Source: Catajapyx aquilonaris | Lineage: Eukaryota | Reading direction: 5' to 3' | Assembly: GCA_000934665.2 (NCBI GenBank) | Contig: JYFJ02003022.1 | Coordinates: 1-47,384, forward strand | DNA length: 47,384 bases | In this document: positions 1 to 13,790 of the stretch, one piece after another | How positions within the stretch are numbered: the stretch's first letter is position 1 | How the letters are laid out: each line of letters begins with the position of its first letter | Position numbers and translations under genes: made by a program | The notes under the pieces: generated by a model | What the model saw: the letters and a program-made list of their open reading frames with translations, nothing else | What the model was told of the DNA's origin: nothing | Database searches by the model: none

Positions 1-1709
1 TTAATTAGATGCCTTGAAATTTTACACAATAATTCATCAGTTGCCTGATATCACTTAATTGACTATTGGCACACCTGTTACTATTTGATCAATATCAAAC
101 AGACTTCCGCTATGATTTCATCTGCCATTGGCAGATTTGCAACATGGCCCTAACAAGGTTACAGCCTCCAGCAACATGCTTCAAGTATTTCAAAAACAAA
201 ATTAGCCACAAAAACGAAATTTCGCCACCTAAAGCAACGTAAATATTAATTTAAGTTGCTGGCAAGTTGAACCAAACAGGTTGAGATCAGGGTTACTCTC
301 TGATTGTCCAGTGTTGATATAGTTTTTACAACATGTTGTGATGTAGGGCTGACAATACAGCCCAGTTGTAAAAATACCGATCATGAGCATTATCCGGAAC
401 ATACCCAAGTACGTAATGAGACCATGCAATGCACAAGTGGGCAAAAAGCCAACATTTTTTATTTGAACAAAAGTCCCAGCCTACTTCACCAACCATTTAT
501 CTCATGTTGGAATCCGGCTTGAATAAAATATGTGGGACCAAGCCCATGGAGAGATGTAGAAAAATTACTTGAGGTGGGGTCCAGCATGTCGGTGACACAG
601 ATTTGCGTCCCACAGAGTGTAATTACACTAAGCATAATCGGTGGTTGAACTTGCATTTTAATTGGGGCCAAGGTGTCTTTGTCTGCGGATCAAAAAAAAA
701 AATGTTTCAAACTATTCTCGCATGGTCGCTTCAGAAATTGACTAGAAACAATGAGCGTACTTTTTTTTATTCATGTGACATGACTGTTTACCGTTAAAGA
801 GCGTACGTACAGGGAGGGGTATGCATGATTTATTGCGATCGAGAAAAAAAAAATGAGAGCGGTTTTTCTGCCATCATGTGTGGCCAAGAGTGCGAACAAA
901 TCAAGGATATTCAGATCGACCGAGTTTATTAATCGCGTGTAAAGAAAAATTGTTGGTCAACACCAATTTCTTTCGAAGGACGATTCCCAGGAAAAAGTGC
1001 GTCATAAACAATGAATGTAATTATGTCCCTAGAGCGGTGCGACTTTTTTAAATCTATTTCCATTAAAATCATAATTTGTATTCGGGCTATGATTTTTGGT
1101 TATGTACAAAAGTGTCCTTCCTGCATCTAATGACTCTATTAAAAGGCGGGTACTGTTTGTACCTTTTGGCGTTCTCAAAACCTTGTAGCGACATACCTGT
1201 TATTAACTGTCATATGTATGTCCTATGGTTAAGCAAAAAAACCACGTAGTGTTATAATGGCTTCAAATGATAGACCGCTGATTACTAGGAGGGAAGCTGC
1301 TTCTAATGGGACAGCATGTCATTGGTTTAGGGCACTATCTGATTGCTTGTTAAGGTTATCGCAGGTGGTGGAGACCTTGTTGCAACTACGAGTGGGACGG
1401 GTGTACACCAGGGAAGGGCGGGCGTTGTGACATTACTTGAGCCACGATAGAGGTCAATGATAGCCAATCAGCCAGCAAAATATTGTGGCATCATTGGGCG
1501 AAGCAAGTGCACCTAATTTTTGTCATGTAGCAATTAAACAAAAATAAAAAGGAGCAGGCACTGTGAATGGGCGACACCGTGATATTTGACCCGCTATTTT
1601 GAAAGTAGCAGTGACCAGTAGCAGCTGTCAGCTGTATTTAGCAAAATTACATGTACTTGCTACAAGTATATGCTTTTATAGTCAAAGCAATGAGCAATAT
1701 TTTTATACA

Positions 1710-1897
1710 TAGCAGTGATTAGTAGCTGCATTTTGCCGTGATTTTTGACCCGCTGTTTAAAAAGTAGCAGTGATTAGTAGCTTCATTTTTGCCGTGATTT
1801 TTGACCCGCTATTTAAAAAGTAGCAGTGATTAGTAGCTTCATTTTTGCCGTGATTTTTGACCCGCTATTTAAAAAGTAGCAGTGATTAGTAGCTGCT
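1710..1897. repeat. 56-bp tandem repeat, about 3.3 copies, with dispersed copies nearby
   Basis: gccgtgatttttgacccgctatttaaaaagtagcagtgattagtagcttcattttt starts at 1735, 1791, 1847; related single units near 1577, 3428, 3846. Confidence 0.9.
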
Positions 1898-3263
1898 TTT
1901 AACTACATTAATTTACAACACACAAAATCTGTTTAAAACAATTTTTGCATTATTACAAGTACTGTACTTGCTACAAATAAATGGTACTACCGTCATAGAA
2001 ATGAGCGATATTTTTACACATAACGGTGATAAATTAGCTGCAATTTTTTTTTGTTGCTTAGCGTCATTATTTCAGAACAATGTGTGTGACAATGAGGAAG
2101 AACTTCCCGTCGTTTTTTGTCATTGGGTGAGCCACCCTGAAGGCCAGTTTGGAGTCAGTAATAATGGTGTAGACCACATTAGTCCGTCTCATTAATCAAC
2201 GTCAGCAAGTCCAGTTTTGAAACAATAAACATGAGCAGTGATGACTGGGGGGAGTGGCCCCCAAAAAAATCAACAAAAAATTTTTGCACAAAAAAAATAA
2301 ATAAAATCCTGCCACTCATAGTTTCGGTCTGACAATCATTAACATTTCTTTACCACAGTTCCGGCGGAATTGAAATCACATTCAGCAAAAAAATAAAGAC
2401 AGGTTGAGGTCTTCGCCCAAGTGTGCAAAAATCGGCGGCACGTATTGTTGCACAAAAAATTTTTCGGCCAGATTGTTGGTGGCGTTCCCAATTTGAGGCT
2501 ACCTGGGGAGCGGATTTATTGGCGTCGTGCGACCGTGACGACTCGATGATGCGAAATTGCAAAAATTGGCCAAGGTTCCTCCAACATGACCATTCTACCC
2601 ATTTTTGGGATGTGGGAAACGAATATCCCAAGTGTTAAAGGGGAAAGTAAAGCTGGTTCTATCCATCTCGAATTATTTTGGCACTTCCTTAATTCTATCA
2701 GTTTGCGATTTTTTTTTGCAGGTTGTCCATATCACTTTCACTTTTTTTAAACAGTACAGGTCAGGTATACCGCACAAGTAGCTTCATTTTCCGAATCGAA
2801 CGAGTTATTTGCTTTTTGAGGAGGACAATTGGAGACTGGAGGTGACATGAGAAATTTTGGGCAAATTTGGCACCATTTTTTGGACATTGAGCCCACCAAC
2901 GTGCGTATCTTATTGGGCGGTGAGCTTTTGTTGGACTCTTAATGGAGAGAAAGTGAGCGCGGAAACCAATCTTGTGATTGACTTTCCTACTTAGAAAAAA
3001 AAGTAGCAAAAAAAAATGGGAGATTTTTTTTTGACCGTTTCCAGGCCGATTGGCGAAATGGAGTTCTGCAATCTTTTTTTTGAAAGAGAAGAAGGGAGTT
3101 GCCAAAAATGGTGAATTGCGCATTGATTCGGGGGCAAAATTGCACGAACGTGATCTAGAACATACAAAGCGCTTGTTGCAAATTCCTGGGAATGTTTTGC
3201 AAATTCCAAACTTAGCTCCTTTTTTCCATTTGGTCTTTTTTTTAAATATATAAAAATGTTATA

Positions 3264-3960
3264 CATATAGGACACTTCTACAGTTAAATTTTTAGTCATA
3301 ATTTAGTCAAAATATTGTGGCTTCATTGGACGAAAACAATTGCACCTTATGTCCTGTAACAATTAAATACAAATAGAAAATATTACGTATAAAGTTTGTT
3401 AAAGCAAAGATGACTAAAATGGGCAAAGCGGTGGTTTTTGACCCGCTATTTCAAAAGTAGCAGTGATTAGTAGCAGCTTTTAGCGTAATGTTCTTCATTT
3501 GTTCCCAAAAATAAAAACATTTTAAACATTTTAATGGGAAATAATTAGGCACATCTGGAGGGCCGCCTCCCTGACCGCCTATTTTCTTTACCGCCAACAC
3601 ACACTTTCCTTTACCGCCAAAAGTTCCTGACCGCCAATATACAGCATAATTTCAGTTCCTCATTTGTTCCCAAAAATAAAAATATTTTAAACATTTTAAT
3701 GGGAAATAATTAGGCATATCTGGATTATTTGAGCTTGAATGTTAACACTTACAACAGTGTGTGTGTAGTTAACAATTAAATAAAAATAGAAAGTAGATTA
3801 TAACGTTTGTTAAGACGAAAAAGGAGCAGACTGAGAATGGGCAAAGCCGTGATTTTTGACCCACTAAATGTAGCAGTGATTAGTAGCAGCTTCCAGCGTA
3901 ATGTTAGTTCTTCATTTTGTTTATACAAAGAAAAATAATTTATAGGCATATCTGGGTCAA
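3264..3960. mobile_element. Decayed non-autonomous DNA element, piggyBac-like MITE family, with internal duplications
   Basis: Left part (tataggacactt.tacagtta..ttttagtcat) recurs at 10787-10820 behind taa-cccagatgtgcc; right-end motif taggcatatctgg at 3547, 3711, 3943 and at 34475-34492 where it abuts TTAA. TTAA/CCC-type ends are typical of piggyBac. Confidence 0.45.
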
Positions 3961-5479
3961 TTTAACACCTGTAACAATGTGTTATCAGTTCAAAGTAAAA
4001 TTCTTAGAAGCTACTAACACACTTTAACATGGCGTGAACAACTATTTCTCACATCTTATCAAATGCTTCAAGCTCTGTTGACGAAATCAATTGAAAGTGA
4101 ACCTCGCCTCGCATTTAAAATTATTTTTATTGCTTTACAAACGCTTCCAAAAAAACGCACCATTTTTATTGCGTTCTACTTTCTAAAAAACCTACGTATA
4201 TTATATTTATTTTCACGGTTCCACCCCACCGTGAAAAACCATCATATCAAAAGAACTAGCACCTGAGTCACGCAGGTGGTATAAACAAAGTGACAGACAC
4301 CTAGGAAGTAGCTCACATTTGTATCCGAAATAGACAGTTTAAAAAAGTAAGGTGTGTTTGAAGGTTGCAAATTGTAAGGTGGAGTACTTAAAAGACCCCT
4401 TGTATGTGCAGGTGAGGCCAAATTTTGTACGCCTATTTATTTTTGGGTGGAGATAAAAGTAGAAGGAGGACAAGCTTCCTAGATAACATCTTAATTTTTT
4501 TTAGGTCACTTGTACTAAAAGGAATGTGGGGAGAATCGGGTAGAAAATGGCCGCCTAATTTATAGTACCTGAAATTTTTCTGCCACTTCGACATTTTAGG
4601 TTGGAAAGGGTTAATTAGAAGGGAATTTATGCAGGGTGGAGTTAACGCTTTTTCGTGGAGACAACCGGCTAAAAACGGGCCAAATTCTGCTTAGATGACG
4701 TCGTATTTCGTGTCGGATTCATAATTTTTGTTACTTTCAAAACAGGTTCTTTTCGCCGGATTCTTTGACCCCCGGTCCGCACGAAAAACATCAGCTGGGA
4801 AAATGACTAAACGATGTTTTAAGTATATTACATTTTGCAGCTAAGCTCCCCCACAAATGGATGTGAAACTGCTTCAGGTCAAATAGAAAGTGAAAAACCT
4901 GTACAAAAAAAATGTGAATCATTTCAATAACGCATGTCAGATGTGTTAACCTGCCTAGGGGTTAAGTGCAGCAGGCGATGGGTGGGGTATGTGGGAAGTG
5001 CATCGTTTCTTTTTTTCACGATCTAATTCACCTTCTCACCTGGAACAATTACGGTGTGGACTTTCTCGTTTCTTGCCACACATACACACAACACACATAC
5101 TACGCGGAAACCGGACTGACCGTGTTTTGAATCTGAGGTCAAGTATACGGAGTCCCTCACTTTTTATTTGAGTTTGCCAATATTGTTATACTCTATTGAA
5201 GTCGCTTCCTGCATTTAGAAATAAATGATGAGATAACAATTTGGGGCGGTCATTCTTAATTAGCACAACCGCCAATTGGAGCTTAGTGAACTAAAAAAAA
5301 ATTGCTCAAGACTATCTGAAGCTTATTTTACGAGCCCCTAAAAATAACTTATTGGTAAGCAATTTGTTTTAAAAAATTTTTGACCAGAGATATTCAGACC
5401 AAAAAAAATGTTTTTGGAGAAAGTGCACCAATTTGTTCAAGCTCATTTCACCTTCATGAGAACTGTTTGAATGCTCAAA

Positions 5480-5870
5480 ATCATGCTGTTGAGTAATGTT
5501 AACATTGAATTGAACTATATTTGAAGAAAGCAATCCGTTCCAACAAGTGTCTTTGATCAATAGAGTTGCATGACTAAGAACAGGATTTACGACTATTTTA
5601 AGCTCGACACACATCCGGAACAGGACAAAAACCGACTTCTTTTTTTTTCGGTTCCGCATCAGTCACATTTTGCGTCATCAAAGTGAGGAGTTTGAAGACC
5701 CTGAGTCTCTCAGTAAGTTTCTCTTCTCATGCTTCTGTCATCACAATCACGAACCTTAAGAAGACCTCCTTATATACATTTTTCTAACCGCACACAGGCC
5801 ATATCTGGAAATGGCAGTGATTGATAACCAATCATTGCCCCCTTCATCTCACGGTACATAAGTGCACACA
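5480..5870 (-). mobile_element. Possible highly degraded hAT transposase remnant
   Basis: Stop- and frameshift-ridden minus-strand translation gives, in hAT order, CTVR*(TRW-like), TEA*EEKLTERLRVFKLLTLMTQNV and HATL(L)DQR (ATLLDPR-like). Confidence 0.25.
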
Positions 5871-8109
5871 TCTCATCCTCAACACCACAAGAGAAATCCA
5901 TTCTCATGAGGGGTTGACGAAGATAAAGATAAGACGAAAAGGAAAGTCGTTGCATTAAGCCTCCAGGAAAACTATTGCTTTTTTATCTTTCTGTCCAAGG
6001 ACTCGAATGGGTTCTATTTTTTTAAAACATAAAAAAGTAACTCTAAATGTTGGAATTGAATTAAACAATATCAGGGCAGAAGCAAAGGAAGTCGGATGTA
6101 ACAAGATGGAGGCCGCCAGATATGCTCATTGTTTTAAATATTCTTTTCTTTACATTTCTTTCTGTGCAAGTTGCCTTATTCCCCACATACCGAGAAGACC
6201 TTAACACCATTACATATTTGCAGAAGAGGGATGCAATTGTGGTGTCCGAAATGGGGGTTTAATGAAGTCATTTATGGTTCACGAACAACTTTCCACACAC
6301 ACGGTATTGTTTTCGTGCTGGGCTTTTCTCATTAGTAGGACAATACCTGAGATCACCTAGTGCGATAGACGCTGCCTATTTTTTTCGTGAGTTTGAACAT
6401 TCCGATTGGCTCTTTAGGATGCGCAAAATTATTGTGCGTGATGCAATATTGCCATTAATTGTTCATGAGATGTGATTGCATAATTTTAAATGGCACAATA
6501 TCATTTGGCTACATTACGTCATAATGAACACAAACTAATTGCTACTAATACACATTAGATGCTACTAATAAATAAATAACATCGATTCCATGTGTCGCAA
6601 TTGTTTCAGCATATTTGGAGGCAATAATTATGGAAGGATAGCTGAAAGCAAAGACATGCGATTTCACTAATGCAATTCCTTATAGGTGCATGCAAAACAT
6701 TTCAATTAGAAAGACTGTGCGTGATTTGATAGACCAGACTAGTGCTGTAGGTAGCACGTCTGATCGACTTGTTGGAGAAAGTAGATCCAAACGAGTCAAA
6801 GGTCGTCGTAACCATCAGCCTGCAATAAAAGAGCTTCTGGGTGATCAGAACAATTCACATCGCAATAACCAATGATTCTGCTGAACAACTTTGCGAAAAA
6901 GCAGGCGTGATGTTTGCAAACAGTAGAATGTGAAAGTCACTCCCCAATTTTCGCGGGCCCCAATTTGTCCACTTCTTTCAAACTATCTAGACACTCTATA
7001 ATTGTTCCTCATTGAAACCCACGCATTGTATGGCCTAAGAAAAGGGGGACGAACACTCTCCCCTAAGCAACCCACACATATTAATCGGTCGCAGTATGAA
7101 GAGGATTCACGTGGAGCAAATATCTGCATCATAAAAGGCGCTCATTTGGTACATCGGAATGTTGTCACGTAGGTTTTCACCAAGCAAACGATTTCGCACG
7201 CCTATTGCACACACAAAAAAATATGCCGAAGATTTCCATCTCTTCCGATTGACAGTCGATGTCCGATGAGGGACATGCACGTGCTGTCTAAAAATTGAAT
7301 GACAAAGCGGTGTGTACTGTTTGATAAAAAAAAAAGGAAGTCGAAATTTACATACGTAGGAGTGGTCTTTTTTTATTATGTGAGAGAGGGTGGATTGACA
7401 TGCTAGTCACATTCGAGATCATCTTGGTCAAGGTTTTTGCTGCTGTGCGCTTAGTCGGCGGTCCCTGCCCAGGGAGCGTTTTGTAGCCTTAAGACACGAA
7501 TCACGATTCGATTTTAGGAGTAGATAAGGGTCTCTGATTCGAAGGAATGAAATGCACTAATTAATGGATTTTGTCGTGTGGAGGCGCGTTCGTTTCTTAT
7601 GTCGTCCGAACTGTAGGGACCAATTTGGATGGCTTAAGGAGCTAAATATCTGATTGAAATAACATGTTAATAAGCAGAATCCAAGTATGGAAAAAATGGG
7701 TGCCAATAGTTGATGAAAATTCATTATACAACTGATATAATCCAAATAGTGCCGCTATAACAATAGATAAGTGAGTTCAGCGGGTGAATGTCATATTGCA
7801 CCAGTTTTAAGATGGAAGAGCAGTTTTATTGCTTTTTATAGCCTTCGATCCGGTTGGGAACTTTGCGAAGGACAATTCCACTTACTTGGAACCACTTGCT
7901 TGCCTTGGGCAAAAGATATTGGCCTGAGTGACCAATATGTGTGAGATACTAGTCTACTTTATACTCATGAAAAAAACTACCGGTTATTTTAATAAGAAAC
8001 ATAATAATCAAAAAATACCAAAGGATTACTACTATTACATGCACTGAGTTATCTACATGTCATATTCCATTGTCCGATTGTCTCCTAAGCTTTCTGTCCA
8101 GCCAAGCAT

Positions 8110-8330
8110 GTCCATATATAGCACGACCCCAAAAAATCTTGTACATCCAGCATCCAGTTGTAGCAATTATCCTGACGTTGATTTACGAAAGCAGCTCATG
8201 GCTGCTAAAATTTGGGCAATTATTCCAATTGAAAGCGTCACTCCTAACGGCGTCTAACCTAGATTCCACTCAACATACAAAACAACCTTTGGACTCGACC
8301 GCAATAATTTCTTTGGGCGAAAACCACACG
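8110..8330 (+). mobile_element. Possible degraded LINE (RTE/CR1-like) post-RT region
   Basis: KILYIQHPVVAIILTLIYESSSWLLKFGQLFQLKA resembles the K..IY..vv...LlYgsesW.l....L motif C-terminal to LINE reverse transcriptases. Confidence 0.25.
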
Positions 8331-11300
8331 AGTCATTCTGTTGACCACTATCAGGAAGTTCAGGACTATGCAACTGTTGACCATCATTGTGGCATAAATA
8401 ACTACTCCCCAAGTTCATATCCTGTTTCTTATACACACAGAAAGACCATTGTTAAAATAAGGGCGGAGAACGGAAGACATGCTCGGCATGTCAATTGCTA
8501 AGAAAAAGCGTGTACAGTACAGCATATATTACTTGAGGCTATTGCACTTTTGTTGGTTGTAATACAAAAGTACTTTTTTTCTCTCTTCTGAAGGTGGGAT
8601 CAGGCAGGCCTCTCAATTCCCAATCAAGGGTAATGAAGCCACACACTTTCGATTCAGCTTGAGGGGAAGGTGTTTGCTAGTTTCTCAACTTCCATCCGCG
8701 TGGAAAAGGAAAACCCTCTCGGTCGCATTGTGCCCCTGAATAGTATGAATGTATACTCTCGCACGACCCCGTTCCGACTGTCTGAAACGAATAGAAAACG
8801 AAGCTGAGGGAATGTGACATGATTTAACGTCTAATAATAGCAATCGCTGTTATTGCTATTTAAATATAGCTCATAACAAAACATGTTGGACGTAATTAGT
8901 ATAATATGTAACAAACAGATGGCGCGCATCCTCCCTCTCTGCAGACTATCGCTCCAAGTGGCAACTATGGTAACTACATGCACATAGGTGATGAGTCAAC
9001 GTGTGTATATTCCGGCCTTTTGTTGGCTACAAATTCGTGTTGTGAGACCAATCAGTTTTGCTTGATGATGACGGTACCATGCACCGATTTAAATTGGGGC
9101 ACAGATGTCTTGGACAGCAAGTGAGCGTGATGTGGCGATTACGGGCAGTGGTTTGACATAATTTATCAGTATTGTTGCAGGACGTCGGGGAATAATAGTG
9201 TGGAAATAAAAAAATGCCATTTAGATAACGTTAGGAGTGGACTGAAATAAAACGTTTATATCGTAAGTCACGATTGTCATTCGTAACACACAATGTGCTG
9301 GAAAGTCCAGCAGGTTGTCATAGTTTATTAGGTAACTGTAGCAACCTGCTGGTCACATTATCCACACCATAACATTTTGGTTGTATACAATGTAACCAAC
9401 TGAATTGAAAGAGTTACAGGAACCTTCAACTGTTGTTACTTGTGCTACTTTTTGACAGAAATTACGATGTTGAAAATGGTGTGTTACTGTCAAGGATACA
9501 ACACTTTGCTTATACTGAGGTAACTACTTCCCATGTTAATATTAATCGTTCATATCATTTTCGGAAATAAAGTTGATGAAAATTTAAATGTAATTTTACT
9601 AAATATTTGCTCTAGGTGTTACCTAAAATATTTGTTGATTTTACTACAATGATTTTATTGGACAATTCAATTGAGCGTTTTGATAAGATGTAAGCATCTA
9701 CTTGGCTGACCAAAATTAATAGTATACACTTCAAATTTCCTAAGCAAACACGCTGCTTACACGATTAATCCGACCCTGTGCTGTCAAAATTATGAGAAAT
9801 TACAACTCTCCAAACCGCCCTTTAAAAAAAAAAACTTGACTTCCCAACATAAACAAAAGCGCCTTGACTGACACCTGACATATCTTGGTTGCTAGAATTA
9901 GCCAACGTTTTCACTCCATAAATACAACATAAGAGCAGCATCATAAAATCCTTAACGCTTCGATCACGAATCTTATGGGCGCAGTACCTTTTAAAAAAAA
10001 AAGTACGTTAATACCACCTACAGAGACTAGTAACGACTCTTAGGTCTACCTTAACGACAGTGTATCAATCAAACTCATCCGAAATGAAAAACAACAGAGG
10101 AGCTTCGAGATAAATGTCTTACTAAGGGAGAATAACCGAAGGAGCTTTGATGGGTTGGGTTCTCAGCATCATGCAAGAGTGGCCCTAACCCACTGCCCTC
10201 TTTTCTCATCCAGTTGGGCCAGTGGGTAGTTCGACCTGGACTGTACAAAAGAAATAATAAAAAAGAGAGGAACATAATTTTCCTGCAAAAATTTAAGCAG
10301 CTTTGATCTGCAAAAAACAGTTGAAGATATGCGAAGATGGATGTGGAGAGGATAACCTGGAGTCAAAAAACTTTCACTTAAGGGTGGAGTAGCTACCTGG
10401 TTACCTTCTTTTTTATATATATGAGAAGGGTTCAAATAAGGTAGGAGGTTAGTGACATGCGGAACGATTTTCCTCTTTTTTTTGTGAACCTCCCCGACAA
10501 TTCATTCAGGAATTCCTGCGAAGGGTTTTGCAGTTAGGGATTCGACACACATGGTCTCGGCTGACAATTTCGCACACTGAGCGACTTAATCGCTTCCATG
10601 CTGAGGGCCGGAAAAGATTAAGATAAATGTGGGGGTCTGGAGAAAACCTTCGAGTTGTAAAAAGTAAGGTATATTTTTAAAAAATTGGCATGATTTTTTT
10701 GCAATAATTGTCTCAACGAGATACTAAATCAAAACTGAAGTGATCATTTTTATGACTTTTTATTTACTAACCCAGATGTGCCCTTATATAGGACACTTGT
10801 ACAGTTAGTTTTTTAGTCATTGGTTCTTCATATGCCCAGATAATATTTTTTTTTAAATTAAAAAGAAATATTTATGCCTAACTGTGTGAAATTGGTCTCA
10901 ACAAGACACTGAAACGAAATTGAAATTACTAATTTCTTTAATTTATTAATTATTTTTGTTCATATTACTTATTAATTATTTCATTATAGTTACTTATTAT
11001 TTGCATTAATTTATTATTATATATTTTCATTACTATATTATTTTTATTATATTTTCATTACTATATTATTTTTATTTTATTTTCATTACTCTATTTAATT
11101 TCTTAATATTAATTTTTTTTATTTATTGGGACCACACAGCATTTTACAGTGTCTTTTTTTGCATTCAAGGTGCTCAATAGTCACAATAATCCTCACATAT
11201 CTTACTTTATGACCCACATTGTCTTGTTGCAATTGGGACTTCCAGGGATTGTTCCTGCTCGCACCCTGCATTGTTCTCGATGAGCTTTCTGATTTACAGC

Positions 11301-13790
11301 CTGTAACAAGTACTTTTTTTTGTCACACTGTCCAAGTTTGGCTATCAAGAGCAAGGGATAAAAACGTGCGCAGTTTTTTTTTTAACCTTTCTTCTTTCCT
11401 TTCCTTGCTGTGTGTGAAGGCAACAAAAGCTCGTGACTTCCAGTAGCTAAGATTCTCAGGATCTTAAAAGCTCCTTACCCTTTTGTTGTATATACCTGGC
11501 TTCCATGGAACGACCATGAATGAAACGCTTCTGTGCGCAGTGATGAAAACACCCAACAATATATCGCCTTTTGAAATATTTTTAACCGAAAAACTTTGGC
11601 ACCTTCGGCATTTTCACGACTTGAAACGTCCTTCAATATTTTTTTAAAAAATAAAACAATTCAGGTAGCCAGGAAGAAGCTTTCACCTCAATTTTTTTTT
11701 TGTGTGCATGTGGGCGAAAATGACTTACTCCGTACCGTATGATAAGTAGAGCACGGAATGTCCCACGTAATATAGAACAAGGACAGTAGTTGGGGGGGTG
11801 CTAAGTGACCTGTGGATTACATTGTGCGAAGTGTTTTTCTCATGTATCAGTTGAGATGTAGACGCAACCAACGGAAGGGTCTTAAACAGCATAAGAAAAA
11901 ATTCCATCGCGTAATGGAGTAGAAAGAGAACTAGTTTTCAAAAGGCCGATGAGTTCTTCTTGATTGGATCTCTTCAACAGAACCCGGCCTCCTTTTTTTT
12001 ACATGTAGATTCATAAATCATTTTTTCTTTTTAAGGTATTAAAGACTGCCGGCTCATTCCTCGCACCACACAATATTTTTTCGAAGAAATTGTGAGGTTG
12101 ATTACACCCGCACGATTTTTGCCAAGGTGCAATTAACTGTGGATTAGCAAATTCCAATTTGGCAAACCCTTTGCCGTGCAATGAGGTAAATTGTTATGGA
12201 CTTTTTGTGCCATTAGGATATTTTATCGCCGGAATTGGTGTTACCTAACACATGCTGGACAACAATTGAGTCAGTGACCTGCTGCTTGATTTTTTTTTTT
12301 GAAGTCCTTGAGGGCAAACAGTAGTGGACAATTTTTGGCTTAAAATTAGGCATACCTACTGTTGAATGTGAGATAGACAAAAAAATTTAGTTCAAACGAC
12401 TGGAATTTTTAGTGACCTTCAGTGTTTACTATTTTGTTAATTTTTTGGGGACTATTAGTGACCTCAGTCCGTGACTTGCTGCAGGGTTGCATGCTAAAAT
12501 CGAAGGAATTGGCATGTCTTGACCAAAACAGATTCGCGCCTCATTTCAATATTTGAACGACACTATCAACACGCAAAATCAAAAATCGTGTTCACTTTAA
12601 GGACAGATATTATCACATTTTAAAACTGTATTTTTGCCCGGATGTTACAGGGTTTTTACATATGACAGCCAATTTTTTTTTTCCTTCGCCTTTTACTCTC
12701 GAGCAGTAGGTGAAAGCACAACATAAGATTTGTGCTGCTATGTTATCAGCGCCTATTAATCGGAGTCTGGCTTCTCAAGCTGGAGGCTCTCACAACGAGG
12801 CCACAATGGGAGTGACCTCAAATCTCCATCCAAGACACGTGTCCCATCAGGAGGTCCTCAAGAAATTTTTAAGTCTCCAGATAAATACCTGAACATCGAA
12901 ACACGTGAGGTCATCACTCCAAAAGTCATGTTGTCAAAGTTGGAGTCATTAAACATTATGTCCAAAATGATGGTCAATCCTTGGGTATGTTTCGTTCAAG
13001 GAAAGATAGGTCAAGGATTATGATCCCGATTTAATGAATCGAGACGAAATGTCAATTTCTGTGGAGAGGAATGTGCTTCGGTTCGGTGAAATGACAGGAG
13101 AGCCTGAGGGGGACCTTCTGAAAGGAAGTGTTGTAAACCTTCGCGAGACAACAAAAGGTATTTCGCATGGGCAGGTCCTCGAGTGCGTGAAGGTCGGGTT
13201 TTAAGTTTATAAGGCAAAGCGGATAAAAAGTAGGAAGCGCGTTTTTTTTTCTTCTTCTAAGATAACATTTTTTTTCTTGAAGGTCCGGTGAAAAATGGTA
13301 ACGTGCAAGTACTTCAAGGTGATCGGTGTGTGAATTTTCTAATTAAAAGGTGTCGTTGTCAGTGGACGTTATTGGATGGGAATTAGGAGTCTTCAAATCC
13401 CTGAATCCTCAAGGATCTACTAATCATATTAATTAAGCGTATGGCTTAATTGCCTTAAAGAGTGTCATGGGCATTCCTGTTGTTCTATTAATTGCGTACT
13501 TGCTAGTACGTGTATGAACCTAAATGATGATATTAGTTGGAAAAGCTGTCCGCGCCCCCGACTGTCCATATAGTGTCATAAGACACGTGGACAAACAAAT
13601 ACTGAAGCCAGTTATACATCTATAATATTAAAATCCGATTCATGTTGTTCAGTGATTGGTCCGCCGCATATTGTTACCCTGACGCTTTCTATTGGCCCGC
13701 GTTTTGCGCATGCGCAGTGGGTGTAAGCAGCGCCTCTGGTGGATGAAAGAGAGTCGGCAACTTGTAATTATGATATTTGTGTCCTTTCAG

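Noticed and set aside
1710..1897. CRISPR-like appearance of the tandem arrays here and at 40073-40346
   Set aside because: Units are contiguous with no unique spacers, no cas genes, eukaryotic context.
13739..13790. ORF-track starts at GTG/TTG for the large RTK and NT1 ORFs
   Set aside because: These are intron sequences read through up to splice acceptors, not initiation sites.
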